A stretch of 64,000 bases of DNA from Gaiellaceae bacterium (lineage in GTDB: Bacteria; Actinomycetota; Thermoleophilia; Gaiellales; Gaiellaceae): contig JBOGZU010000011.1 in NCBI GenBank assembly GCA_050697455.1, forward strand, positions 2,278 to 66,277. Reading direction: 5' to 3'. The notes beneath the pieces are model-generated. The model had not been told where the DNA came from. It searched no databases and saw nothing but the letters and a program-made list of their open reading frames with translations. The translations under genes and the position numbers were made by a program. Below, piece after piece: positions 20,679 through 30,800 of the stretch (the stretch's first letter is position 1; the number at the start of each line of letters is the position of its first letter).

Positions 20679-20954
20679 ATGATCCCGGCGTGGCCCATCC
20701 CATCCGGTATGCGATTCTCGATGATGCGGTCGATCAGTCATGTCGAGAAGTGGTTGTTCGAGGAGCCCGGATTCCCGGCTCGTGCACTCGATGACGCCGT
20801 AGCGGTCGTGTCCGACGACGCGAACTGGAACGCAGAGACCGCGAGCACGTTGTACGGCGTCATCACGACCGAATCAGGCGAGCGAGAGTTGAAAGCTGAG
20901 CGCGAGGCGAGTAGCCGCCGGCGACCGCCACTCTCATCGATAGGAGGTCGCTGA
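20679..20954 (+). CDS. hypothetical protein in a local GC dip
   Basis: A 91-aa ORF with only moderate GC3. I recognise no family and no competing ORF exists on the other strand. Confidence 0.3.
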   Translation: MIPAWPIPSGMRFSMMRSISHVEKWLFEEPGFPARALDDAVAVVSDDANWNAETASTLYGVITTESGERELKAEREASSRRRPPLSSIGGR

Positions 20955-20977
20955 CCGGGGGCGCTGCGCGGTGCTCG

Positions 20978-22816
<1,839 letters not shown>

Positions 22817-22859
22817 CGCCCACTCATAGCAAATCGGCTATGAGTCGAGTCTCGCCCGC

Positions 22860-22885
22860 GGAATACCCAGCTCTCCGCAGCCGTT
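22860..22885 (+). promoter_or_regulatory. SigH/SigR-type promoter (GGAAT-N18-GTT) upstream of the ECF sigma gene
   Basis: GGAAT at 22860..22864 is followed by exactly 18 nt and then GTT at 22883..22885. This is 10 nt before the ATG at 22895. Confidence 0.5.
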
Positions 22886-22894
22886 CTTTAAGCC

Positions 22895-23506
22895 ATGAGT
22901 GTCGCTGGTACGCTCGCCCGCGTGGAGGGATCAGAGGACGCGCAGCGGCTGGCGACAGAGGCGCGCGACCGGGTCAGGTTCGAGGAGGACGCGCTCGCTC
23001 TCGCCGACCAGGTCTACCGCGTCGCACGACATCTCGCGAACTCGCGGGAGGACGCCGAGGAGCTCGTACAGGAGACGTACGCGCGGGCCTTCCGCAGCTG
23101 GCGCTCGTTCACGCCGGGCACCAACCTGCGTGCGTGGCTCCTGCGCATCCTCACGAATCTCAACATCGACCGCGGCCGGCGGCAGCAGCGGGCGCCGCAG
23201 ATGCAACCGCTCGAGGCCAACGACTACTACCTCTACGACCGGCTCGCCGAGGACGGCGACGGCCCCACCGACGAGGACCGCGTCGTGGAGAGGCTGTCCC
23301 AGGACGACATCGTCACGGCGCTCGCCGAGGTGCCTCACGACTTCCGCGATGTCGTCGTGCTCGTCGACATCGGCGATTTCAGCTACGCCGATGCGGCCCA
23401 GATCCTCGACATTCCGGTCGGCACCGTCATGTCGAGGCTGCATCGTGGGCGTCGTGTCCTGAAGGGAGCGCTGGCAGAATCGGCTTTGGAGGAGGCCGGA
23501 ACATGA
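22895..23506 (+). CDS. ECF RNA polymerase sigma factor (SigH/SigR-like)
   Basis: Region 2 is present (DAEELVQETYARAFRSWRSF...NLRAWLLRILTNLNIDRGR). Region 4 is present (DFRDVVVLVDIGDFSYADAAQILDIPVGTVMSRLHRGR). Confidence 0.9.
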   Translation: MSVAGTLARVEGSEDAQRLATEARDRVRFEEDALALADQVYRVARHLANSREDAEELVQETYARAFRSWRSFTPGTNLRAWLLRILTNLNIDRGRRQQRAPQMQPLEANDYYLYDRLAEDGDGPTDEDRVVERLSQDDIVTALAEVPHDFRDVVVLVDIGDFSYADAAQILDIPVGTVMSRLHRGRRVLKGALAESALEEAGT

Positions 23507-23736
23507 GCATTGATCCGTGCGCGCACTGCGAGGAGATGATGCAGCCGTACCTCGACCACGTCCTCACGGACGCGGAGCAGGCCCAGGCGGAGGCGCATCT
23601 CGCCGAGTGCGAGGGATGCCGGCGGCGCTACCGGTTCGAGGAGAGCCTGCGCGTCTACGTCCGGAACGCGGCCGCCGAGCAGATGCGGCCTGAGCTACGG
23701 CAGAAGCTCTCCGCGCTCAGGATCCCGCTGGAATAG
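23503..23736 (+). CDS. zinc-associated anti-sigma factor (ZAS, RsrA/RshA-like)
   Basis: ATGA overlap with the sigma gene. 77 aa: MSIDPCAHCEEMMQPYLD...AHLAECEGCRRRY carries the H-x3-C-x2-C motif. Confidence 0.8.
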   Translation: MSIDPCAHCEEMMQPYLDHVLTDAEQAQAEAHLAECEGCRRRYRFEESLRVYVRNAAAEQMRPELRQKLSALRIPLE

Positions 23737-24220
23737 GGAGATCCACGTCGCCCGGCGGCGTCAGGTCGTCGCAGGCGACGAGCCGGGCCGGGAGCGATTT
23801 CGCGCCCTCGTCGGGGACGCTCGCCCACGCGGGGCGCGCGAGCAGGACGGGATGGAGCCGAACGTCGCCGTACGTCGCGGCGACGACGTCGCCGCCGTTC
23901 GCGCGCCAGTCGGCGATGACGCGGTCGACCGCGCGGGCGTCGAGATCGGGGCCGTCGGCGAGGACGACGACCGCGGCCTCGGTGTCCTCGGATAGCGCCG
24001 CGAAGCCGCAGCGGAGCGAGGCTCCCGGGCCGAGCTCCCAGTCGGCGCAGTGGACGCTCTCCACGTCGAGCTCGTGGGCGCCGGTCACCACGACGATCTC
24101 GTCCACGGAGCTCTCGAGCAGCGCCGCGAGAACGTCGGGCAGCAGCTCGACCTGCTTCGGGGGATACGTCCCGTAGCGGGAGGAGGCGCCGGCGGCCAGA
24201 ACGACGGCGGAAACGGTCAT
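23717..24220 (-). CDS. MobA/MocA-like nucleotidyltransferase (molybdenum cofactor cytidylyltransferase-like)
   Basis: An internal ATG gives MTVSAVVLAAGASSRYG... (LAAGxSxR motif). It is the last gene of the XDH-family operon and overlaps the APH-like gene stop. Confidence 0.75.
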   Translation of the reverse strand: MTVSAVVLAAGASSRYGTYPPKQVELLPDVLAALLESSVDEIVVVTGAHELDVESVHCADWELGPGASLRCGFAALSEDTEAAVVVLADGPDLDARAVDRVIADWRANGGDVVAATYGDVRLHPVLLARPAWASVPDEGAKSLPARLVACDDLTPPGDVDLPIPAGS

Positions 24221-25125
24221 GCCTCGCGCGGTCCGCATTCCAAGAGCTTCGCCAGCTGCCCGGCGATGTCGTCGACGCCGGCGGCGTCGTCGATCTGGGT
24301 GTTCCAGCACAGGTGTGTCGCGCCGATGTGCAGCTCGTAACAGTGATGCCGGATCGCCGCGTCGAGCGACGCGTCATCGGCAAGTAGTGACCACGGGTCG
24401 ATGGCCGCGATTCCCGGCAACCCCCACGTGCCCCAGAACGTCAACCATGCGATGTCGTACAACGAGTCGCCACGCGCCGAGCACTTCCAGGAGAACACCG
24501 CGCGGAGGGCGGAGAGGTCTTCGGCGACGAGCACATTCTTGGAAAGGAGGTCGCCGTGCACGAGCTCGCGCTTCTCGGGACACGCGTCGAGCAACTCGCG
24601 GATGCGCGCCTGGGCTGCGTCGGCGATCGGCGCGACCGCCGGGTTCGCCGAGATGCGTGCCCACCACTGTGCGTCGCGGCCCTCACGATCGAGGCCGGAG
24701 AGCAGCCACCGGCGCCACGTGTAGGCGACCGCTTCTTCGGGCACCTCGCGCAGGGCGCGCAACAGGCGCGCGACGACGGCCGAGAGCGCCTCCGACTCCG
24801 ACGGCTCGATCTCCTCGAGGAAGCGACCGTAGGCGCGCTCGGAGATCGCGAAGTACAGCCCGTTCATCGCGTCACCGACCACGCGAACGCGCGGGATCGG
24901 CAGGTCGGCAGACGCGAACCGGTGCATTTCTCGGTCGTTTTCGAACCAGTCACGGTTGCGTCCGAACCGCGCGACGAGCTCGTCCCCGGCCGCGCGATAG
25001 CTGAAGGCGGCCGACCACGCTCCGCCCGACAGTTCCTCGAGTCCATCGACGGCGAAGCGGTGGTACCGATCGAGGAACGACTGCGCCTCGTCGAACGAGA
25101 CGAGAGGCTTCGGCAGGGTCGTCAC
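24217..25125 (-). CDS. aminoglycoside-phosphotransferase (APH)/choline-kinase-fold kinase family protein
   Basis: The GTG start overlaps the FAD-subunit stop. ELVHGDLLSKNVLV is the catalytic HGDxxxxN motif. ...DIAWLTFW... is also present. Confidence 0.75.
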   Translation of the reverse strand: MTTLPKPLVSFDEAQSFLDRYHRFAVDGLEELSGGAWSAAFSYRAAGDELVARFGRNRDWFENDREMHRFASADLPIPRVRVVGDAMNGLYFAISERAYGRFLEEIEPSESEALSAVVARLLRALREVPEEAVAYTWRRWLLSGLDREGRDAQWWARISANPAVAPIADAAQARIRELLDACPEKRELVHGDLLSKNVLVAEDLSALRAVFSWKCSARGDSLYDIAWLTFWGTWGLPGIAAIDPWSLLADDASLDAAIRHHCYELHIGATHLCWNTQIDDAAGVDDIAGQLAKLLECGPREA

Positions 25126-25943
25126 ATGCTCGCGAGCGCCCGGCTGACGAGCGCTCGCGCGAGCGGCAGCTTCCACTCCGTGCGCGGTAACGGTGTCGCC
25201 GCATCGAGCGCCTCGATCCCGTCGATCCGCCACGGAATCGGCGCCACGCCCGCAAGGGCGATACGTATCTCCCCGCCCACCCGCGCGGCGGCCACGCCGA
25301 CTTGCGGGAAGGACCACCGCTTCCGATCCATGGCTTTGAGGTAGACGCTCGCCTCCACGTCGGGCAGCTCGACCTCGAGGATCAGCTCGCCGTCCTCGAG
25401 CGTCGTGGTGCGCCGGTCACCCTCGTCCGGCAGCCGGTACAGCTCCTCCACAGCCAGCTCGCGCCGGTTCGTCCGCAGTCGCGCGCCGAGCGCGACGAGC
25501 GCGGCCGCGACATCGGAGGGATGCGCGGAGGCGCAGAAGTCGTTGGCGAAGATCGCGTGCTCGCGGTGCTCGCCTTCGCGCGCGTGGCAGCGGTCGCCGC
25601 CGTGCAGGCGGCAGTCGTAGCCGAGCCGCCAGTACCAGCAGCGCGTCGCCTGCAGGAGATTCCCCCCGAGCGAGCCCATGTTGCGGAGCTGCGGCGACGC
25701 CGCGAGCCGGCACGCCTCGCGCAAGGCGTCCGGGATTCCCGGCTCCACTTCGAGCTCGCCGAGCGTCGTCCCGGCGCCGATCACCCCGTCGCGGACGCCG
25801 CGTGGCACGACGCCGCGCACGTCGACGAGCGTCTCCGCCTCGAGCAGACCGTCGCGCAGGAGCGGCACGACCTCCGTTCCTCCCGCAAGTAACACAGTGT
25901 TACTTGGGATTTCGGAGGCGTCAGACGGCCGCAGGAGCTCCAC
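25122..25943 (-). CDS. xanthine dehydrogenase family FAD-binding subunit (CoxM/XdhB-like)
   Basis: It contains LLAGGTEVVPLLRDG, NMGSLGGNLLQ, and a CO-dehydrogenase flavoprotein C-terminal-like tail. Confidence 0.9.
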   Translation of the reverse strand: MELLRPSDASEIPSNTVLLAGGTEVVPLLRDGLLEAETLVDVRGVVPRGVRDGVIGAGTTLGELEVEPGIPDALREACRLAASPQLRNMGSLGGNLLQATRCWYWRLGYDCRLHGGDRCHAREGEHREHAIFANDFCASAHPSDVAAALVALGARLRTNRRELAVEELYRLPDEGDRRTTTLEDGELILEVELPDVEASVYLKAMDRKRWSFPQVGVAAARVGGEIRIALAGVAPIPWRIDGIEALDAATPLPRTEWKLPLARALVSRALASM

Positions 25944-28128
25944 GCCGTTCCTTCTTCTTCGCCTCGGCCTCGCGGAGCGCGCGCAGCATCTCCTCGCGGG
26001 AGATCGGCAGCTCGCGGACGTCCGCGCCCGTCGCGTCGCGAATCGCGTTGGCGATCGCGGCGGCGACGGGGACGATCGGCGGCTCGCCGAGCCCCTTCGA
26101 GCCGAGATTCGTCAGGTGCGCGTCTGGCTTGTCGACGAACTCGCAGACGATCTCCGGCACGTCGGCGATCGTCGGCATCCGGTAGCTCTCCAGCGTCGAC
26201 GTGAGGACGCGACCCGTCGCGGGGTCGAGCAGCCGCTCCTCCGAGAGCGTGTGGCCGATGCCCTGGATGATCCCGCCCTCGACCTGGCTCGAGGCGCCGA
26301 GCGGATTGACGATGCGGCCGACGTCGTGGATCGCCGCGACGCGCTCGACGACGATCTCGCCGGTCTCGACGTCCACCGCGACTTCGACCACGTGGACGCC
26401 GAAGGTGAGGACGCTCATGCCGGCCGGGTTCGGGCCGCGTGCGCCCTTGCCGAGGATCTGCCCGTCCTCGAGCACGTCCACGACCTCCTCGACCGGCGCG
26501 TCGCGCGGCAGGCCGCGCTGCTCGGCGATGTCCTCGATCTGCTGTCGCGCGTCGGCGGCCGCGGCGCGCACGGCCGGACCCATCGAGGGAAGCGTCGACG
26601 AGCCCGCGGAGATAGAGGCGTACGGCCCGCGGGCGGAGTCGCCGAGGACGACGTCCACCTTCTCGAGCGGCAGCCGCAGCTCCTCGGCCGCGATCTGCGC
26701 CATCGCCGTGCGCGTGCCCGTGCCGATGTCCTGCATCGCCGTGATCACGGTCGCGCGGCCATCGGAGCCGATCCGCACCCACGCGTAGGAGGGAGGCCCG
26801 CCGCCGCCGTACCAGATCTGACTTGCCATCCCGACGCCGCGCTTCCACGTCGCGTCCGACCGCGCGCGCACCTCGTTGCGCCGCTCCCAGTGCGGCTCGG
26901 CCATTCGGTAGCAGTCCGCGAGGTTCTTCGAGGAGAAGGGCACGCCGTCGTTGGAGCCTGCGTAGTTGCGCCGCCGCAGCTCGAGCGGATCCATGTCGAG
27001 CTTTGCCGCGAGCTCGTCGACGAGGCACTCGAGCCCGAACGTCCCTTCGACGAAGCCCGGGGCGCGGAAGGCCTTCATCGGCGGCGTGTTCAGCTGCGCG
27101 CCGTACGTGACCGTGCGGACGTTCTCGCAGTCGTAGAGCATCTTCATCGGGCCTTCGGTGGAGGCGTTCCAGCCCGACCAGCCGACGGAGTTCGTGAACT
27201 CGCCGTCGAAGGCGACGATCGTCCCGTCGCTCTTCGCGCCGGCACGGAGCCGCTGGACGGTCGCGTTGCGGTTGCCGGCGGCGGTGTGCTCCTCGCGGCG
27301 TGTCAGCGCGCAGCGCACCGGCCGTCCCGTCCGCTTCGCGAGCTCGGCGGCGACGAACGTGTATTCGTCGGGCCCGTTCTTCGAGCCGAAGCCGCCGCCC
27401 ATGAACTCGCAGACGACGCGCACCTTGTCCGGCGGCAGCTCGAGCGTCTCGGCGACCGCGTTCCGGACTCCCCAGATGAACTGCGTCGAGATGTAGACGT
27501 CGAGCCTGTCGCCGACCCACTCGCAGATCGCCTGGTGGGTCTCCATCGAGTTGTGGAGGACGGTCTGCGTGCGGTACGTCGCCTCGACGACGACGTCCGC
27601 CTGGGCGAGCGCCTTCTCGACGTCGCCGCGCGCGTAGCTGCGCGGTTCGGCCGTGAAGAGCTCGCGCTTGACGGCGTCGTCCGGATCGAGCACGACCTCG
27701 AGCTCCTCCCACTCGACGTCGATTGCGGCGACCGCCGCCTGCGCCTGGCGGAACGTGTCGGCGGCGACGGCGGCGACTGCTGCGCCGGAGAAGCCCGCCT
27801 CCTCGTTGAGGCCGTGCGCTTCCCCCGGGCCGACGGCGGCGCGGACGCCCGGCAGCGCCAGCGCCGGCGCGAGGTCGATCCGCTTGACGCGTGCGTGCGC
27901 GTGCGGCGAGCGGAGCACGGCGGCCTGGAGCATCCCGGGCAGGCGGATGTCGGCGGTGTAGCGCGCCTCGCCGCGCACCCGTTCGGGCGCGTCCTTGCGC
28001 GGCGCGGGGCGGCCGACGACCTCGCGCGGCCCTTCCGGCCATTGCTCCAGCGGATCCTCCTCGACGACGATCCAGACCTCCTCGAACCGCCCTTCGACCT
28101 CTTTTTCGGTCCGGATCAGCCTTGCCAC
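25921..28128 (-). CDS. xanthine dehydrogenase family molybdopterin-binding large subunit
   Basis: A GTG start (VARLIRTEKEVEG...) overlaps the 2Fe-2S gene end. It contains GEARYTADIRLPGMLQAAVLRSPHAHARV, GGGFGSK, and about 735 aa of aldehyde oxidase/XDH a/b hammerhead plus Mo domains. Confidence 0.9.
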   Translation of the reverse strand: MARLIRTEKEVEGRFEEVWIVVEEDPLEQWPEGPREVVGRPAPRKDAPERVRGEARYTADIRLPGMLQAAVLRSPHAHARVKRIDLAPALALPGVRAAVGPGEAHGLNEEAGFSGAAVAAVAADTFRQAQAAVAAIDVEWEELEVVLDPDDAVKRELFTAEPRSYARGDVEKALAQADVVVEATYRTQTVLHNSMETHQAICEWVGDRLDVYISTQFIWGVRNAVAETLELPPDKVRVVCEFMGGGFGSKNGPDEYTFVAAELAKRTGRPVRCALTRREEHTAAGNRNATVQRLRAGAKSDGTIVAFDGEFTNSVGWSGWNASTEGPMKMLYDCENVRTVTYGAQLNTPPMKAFRAPGFVEGTFGLECLVDELAAKLDMDPLELRRRNYAGSNDGVPFSSKNLADCYRMAEPHWERRNEVRARSDATWKRGVGMASQIWYGGGGPPSYAWVRIGSDGRATVITAMQDIGTGTRTAMAQIAAEELRLPLEKVDVVLGDSARGPYASISAGSSTLPSMGPAVRAAAADARQQIEDIAEQRGLPRDAPVEEVVDVLEDGQILGKGARGPNPAGMSVLTFGVHVVEVAVDVETGEIVVERVAAIHDVGRIVNPLGASSQVEGGIIQGIGHTLSEERLLDPATGRVLTSTLESYRMPTIADVPEIVCEFVDKPDAHLTNLGSKGLGEPPIVPVAAAIANAIRDATGADVRELPISREEMLRALREAEAKKKERRGAPAAV

Positions 28129-28556
28129 GTGAGAATCGCCTCCTCGATCTTGGGATAGGTGCCGCAGCGGCAGATGTTCCCCGCCATCGCGTGTCTGATC
28201 TCCTCGCGCGTCGGCTCGGGATTCGCGGCGACGAGAGCGGCGGCGGAGACGACCTGGCCCGGCGTACAGAAACCGCATTGGACGGCGTCGGTGCGGACGA
28301 ACGCCTCGACGAGCGGGTGGTCGCGCAGCCCCTCGATCGTCGTCACCTCGCCGTCGACGGCGTGGACGAGCGTGATGCACGAGAGCCGCGGCATGCCGTC
28401 GACCTGGACGGTGCAGGCGCCGCAATGTCCCTCGTTGCAGGCGATTTTCGTCCCGGTCAGCCCGAGCCGGTCGCGCAGCACTGAGGCGAGACTCGTCCCG
28501 ACCGGCGCGTCGAGGACGTGCTCCTCGCCGTTGATCGTGAGCCGCGCCTCAGACAC
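28116..28556 (-). CDS. (2Fe-2S)-binding small subunit of the XDH-family enzyme
   Basis: It contains CNEGHCGACTV, FCTPGQV and NICRCGTY. Confidence 0.9.
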   Translation of the reverse strand: MSEARLTINGEEHVLDAPVGTSLASVLRDRLGLTGTKIACNEGHCGACTVQVDGMPRLSCITLVHAVDGEVTTIEGLRDHPLVEAFVRTDAVQCGFCTPGQVVSAAALVAANPEPTREEIRHAMAGNICRCGTYPKIEEAILTWQG

Positions 28557-29697
28557 TCGTCACCGCCACGGTGTCGGCGATCTGGAGGAGGCGGACGGTG
28601 GTGCGCGCCACGATCTGCCGCTCGCCGTCCTCCTCTACCTCGGGGAGCGTCCGCCAGAGGTCGCGCGCGGCGATGAGCAGCTCGCGGATCTGCTCCATCT
28701 CCTCGCGGTGCGTCCCATTCGGCTCCTCCGTCGCGTTCAGCGCGAGGCCGAGGGCGCCGAAGGCGTCGGGCTGGCGGATGAAGAGAAGCGGCATGGCCAT
28801 CGACAGATACTGGTGGATGCGCGCCTGCGCGAGCGGCTGGGTGAGCGTCTCGATCCCTTGCGGTTGCGATGGCTCGAGCGGCTCCTCGCCGTCCGCGATG
28901 CGCGCGGCGTTTCCCGCGAACATGTCCCGCAGCGTGCGCTCGTCGAAACCGGCGGTGACGGCAGAGCGGAGCGAGAGGAGCAGCGAGCCCGGCTGCTGTC
29001 CGTAGGGATAGTCCGAGGCGTAGACGATCTGCTCCGGCGGGACGAGGCGGAGCAGGCCGAGCAGGTCGATGGCGCTCCAGACGGACGTGTCGAAGAAGAC
29101 GCCGCGCTTGCCCGCGAAGCGGTACGCGAGATTGGCGAGGTCGGCGATCCCGGCGTGGGCGAGGATCAGCTGCGAGCCGGGGTATGAGTCGACGAGGTGC
29201 TCGAGCCCTGCCGCGATCGGCGGCAGGCCGCGGCCGGCGTGGATCAGGATCGGGACACGGCGCTCGGCCGCGAGCTCGAAGACCGGGGCGAGCCGCTCGT
29301 CGTTGAGCAGGAACTTCTGGGCGCGGGGATGGAGCTTGATGCCACGCGCGCCGAGGTCGAGACAGCGGCGCGCCTCCTCGATCGGCCCCTCGTCGAGCGC
29401 GAGCCGCACGAACGGGATTAGCCGTCCCTCAGATCGCGCCGCGAACTCGAGCGTCCGGTCGTTGCCGGCGCGGAAGCCCGGCTGCCGGTCGGGCTCGTCG
29501 AGGCAGAACATGAAGGCACGCGAGACGCCGTAGCGGTCCATGCCGCGGAGGAGCTCGTCGAAATTCCCGAGCATGCCGTCGATGTCCGTGCCGAGGTGCG
29601 TGTGCGCGTCGAAGATGTCGAGCCCCGAAGGGAGAGCAGCACGTAGGCGCTCGTCCCAGCCTCCGACGACCTCCCTGGCCTGCTCGAGCGCGTCCAT
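28549..29697 (-). CDS. amidohydrolase-family (TIM-barrel metal-dependent hydrolase) protein
   Basis: It contains DAHTHLG..., IKLHP..., ILIHAG and AHAG. It is the first gene of the operon and overlaps the 2Fe-2S gene by 8 nt. Confidence 0.8.
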   Translation of the reverse strand: MDALEQAREVVGGWDERLRAALPSGLDIFDAHTHLGTDIDGMLGNFDELLRGMDRYGVSRAFMFCLDEPDRQPGFRAGNDRTLEFAARSEGRLIPFVRLALDEGPIEEARRCLDLGARGIKLHPRAQKFLLNDERLAPVFELAAERRVPILIHAGRGLPPIAAGLEHLVDSYPGSQLILAHAGIADLANLAYRFAGKRGVFFDTSVWSAIDLLGLLRLVPPEQIVYASDYPYGQQPGSLLLSLRSAVTAGFDERTLRDMFAGNAARIADGEEPLEPSQPQGIETLTQPLAQARIHQYLSMAMPLLFIRQPDAFGALGLALNATEEPNGTHREEMEQIRELLIAARDLWRTLPEVEEDGERQIVARTTVRLLQIADTVAVTSV

Positions 29698-29786
29698 CTT
29701 CCGAATCTACCCGCGCGGTTGCCGACTCCGTGCCAACTCCCAAAAGGACACTGTCGGAGCGGCGTCGCGGCCGGTAGGACGGAGGC

Positions 29787-30800
29787 ATGAAGAAACTCAT
29801 CGTTCTTTTCTCCGTTCTCTCTGTCTTGCTCGGCGCCTTGCTGGGCGCCGCCTCGGCGCGCGGCAGCGGCGCCGGCAGCATCGTCGTCGGCGAGGTCTTT
29901 GCGGCCGGCGGCAACAGCGGCGCGCCGTATGCGAACGACTACGTCGAGCTCGTCAACCGCGGGAGCGGCGCGGTCTCTGTCGGAGGCTGGACGCTGCAGT
30001 ACGCGTCCGCGACTGGCACGACCTGGCAGACGACCGCGCTCGCGGGGTCGATTCCGGCGGGCGGTCGCTATCTCGTCCAGCTCGCCTCGGGCGGCCTAAA
30101 CGGCGCCGCGCTGCCGACTCCGGACGCGGCCGGAACCTTGAACCTCGCGATGACCGGCGGGAAGGTTGCGGTCGTCGACGATGGCTCGACGACCGAGGAT
30201 CTCGTCGGTTGGGGAAACGCGACCGACTTTGAGGGCAGCGGCCCAGCGCCGGCGCTTACCTCGACGACAGCCCTCGTGCGCGCCGGCGGCGGCTGCACCG
30301 ACGCCGACGACAACGCCTCCGACTTTGCCGATGCGTCGCCGAACCCGCAGAACTCCTCGGCGGCTGGGATCTCCTGCTCGGGCTCCGGATCAGCCGGCGG
30401 CGATCAGTCCGGCGCGGTCGACCTCGACCTCGAGCCCGTCCTCTCGGTCGGCCTGGACCGTGACACGCTGAGCTTCGGCGCGGCGCTGCCGGGGACGACT
30501 CCGGCGCCGCTCGCCGAGCACGTCACCGTGTCGAGCAACGACTCGAGTGGCTACACGCTCACCGTGCAGCGGACGTCGTTCTCGCCGCACGACCTGCCGC
30601 TCGGGATCGGCGTCGACGCCGGCCAGCTCGCGGCCGTGCCGGTCGCCCCGGCGAGCGGCCTTTTGTTGGCGACGGCAAACGGCCCGAGCGCTGTGGGCGG
30701 TGACGAGTGGACGACGAGTGTCGGCTTCGTCTCGCCGCTGCCGGATCTGCCGTCGGGGCAGTACACGGCGACGATCACGTTCACGGTGATCGGACGGTGA
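29787..30800 (+). CDS. secreted lamin-tail-domain (LTD) protein with C-terminal beta-rich domain
   Basis: The signal peptide MKKLIVLFSVLSVLLGALLGAASA uses low-GC codons. The LTD signature is present (YANDYVELVNRGSGAVSVGGWTLQY...GRYLV..., VDLVGWG). The C-terminus is ...GQYTATITFTVIGR. Confidence 0.8.
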   Translation: MKKLIVLFSVLSVLLGALLGAASARGSGAGSIVVGEVFAAGGNSGAPYANDYVELVNRGSGAVSVGGWTLQYASATGTTWQTTALAGSIPAGGRYLVQLASGGLNGAALPTPDAAGTLNLAMTGGKVAVVDDGSTTEDLVGWGNATDFEGSGPAPALTSTTALVRAGGGCTDADDNASDFADASPNPQNSSAAGISCSGSGSAGGDQSGAVDLDLEPVLSVGLDRDTLSFGAALPGTTPAPLAEHVTVSSNDSSGYTLTVQRTSFSPHDLPLGIGVDAGQLAAVPVAPASGLLLATANGPSAVGGDEWTTSVGFVSPLPDLPSGQYTATITFTVIGR

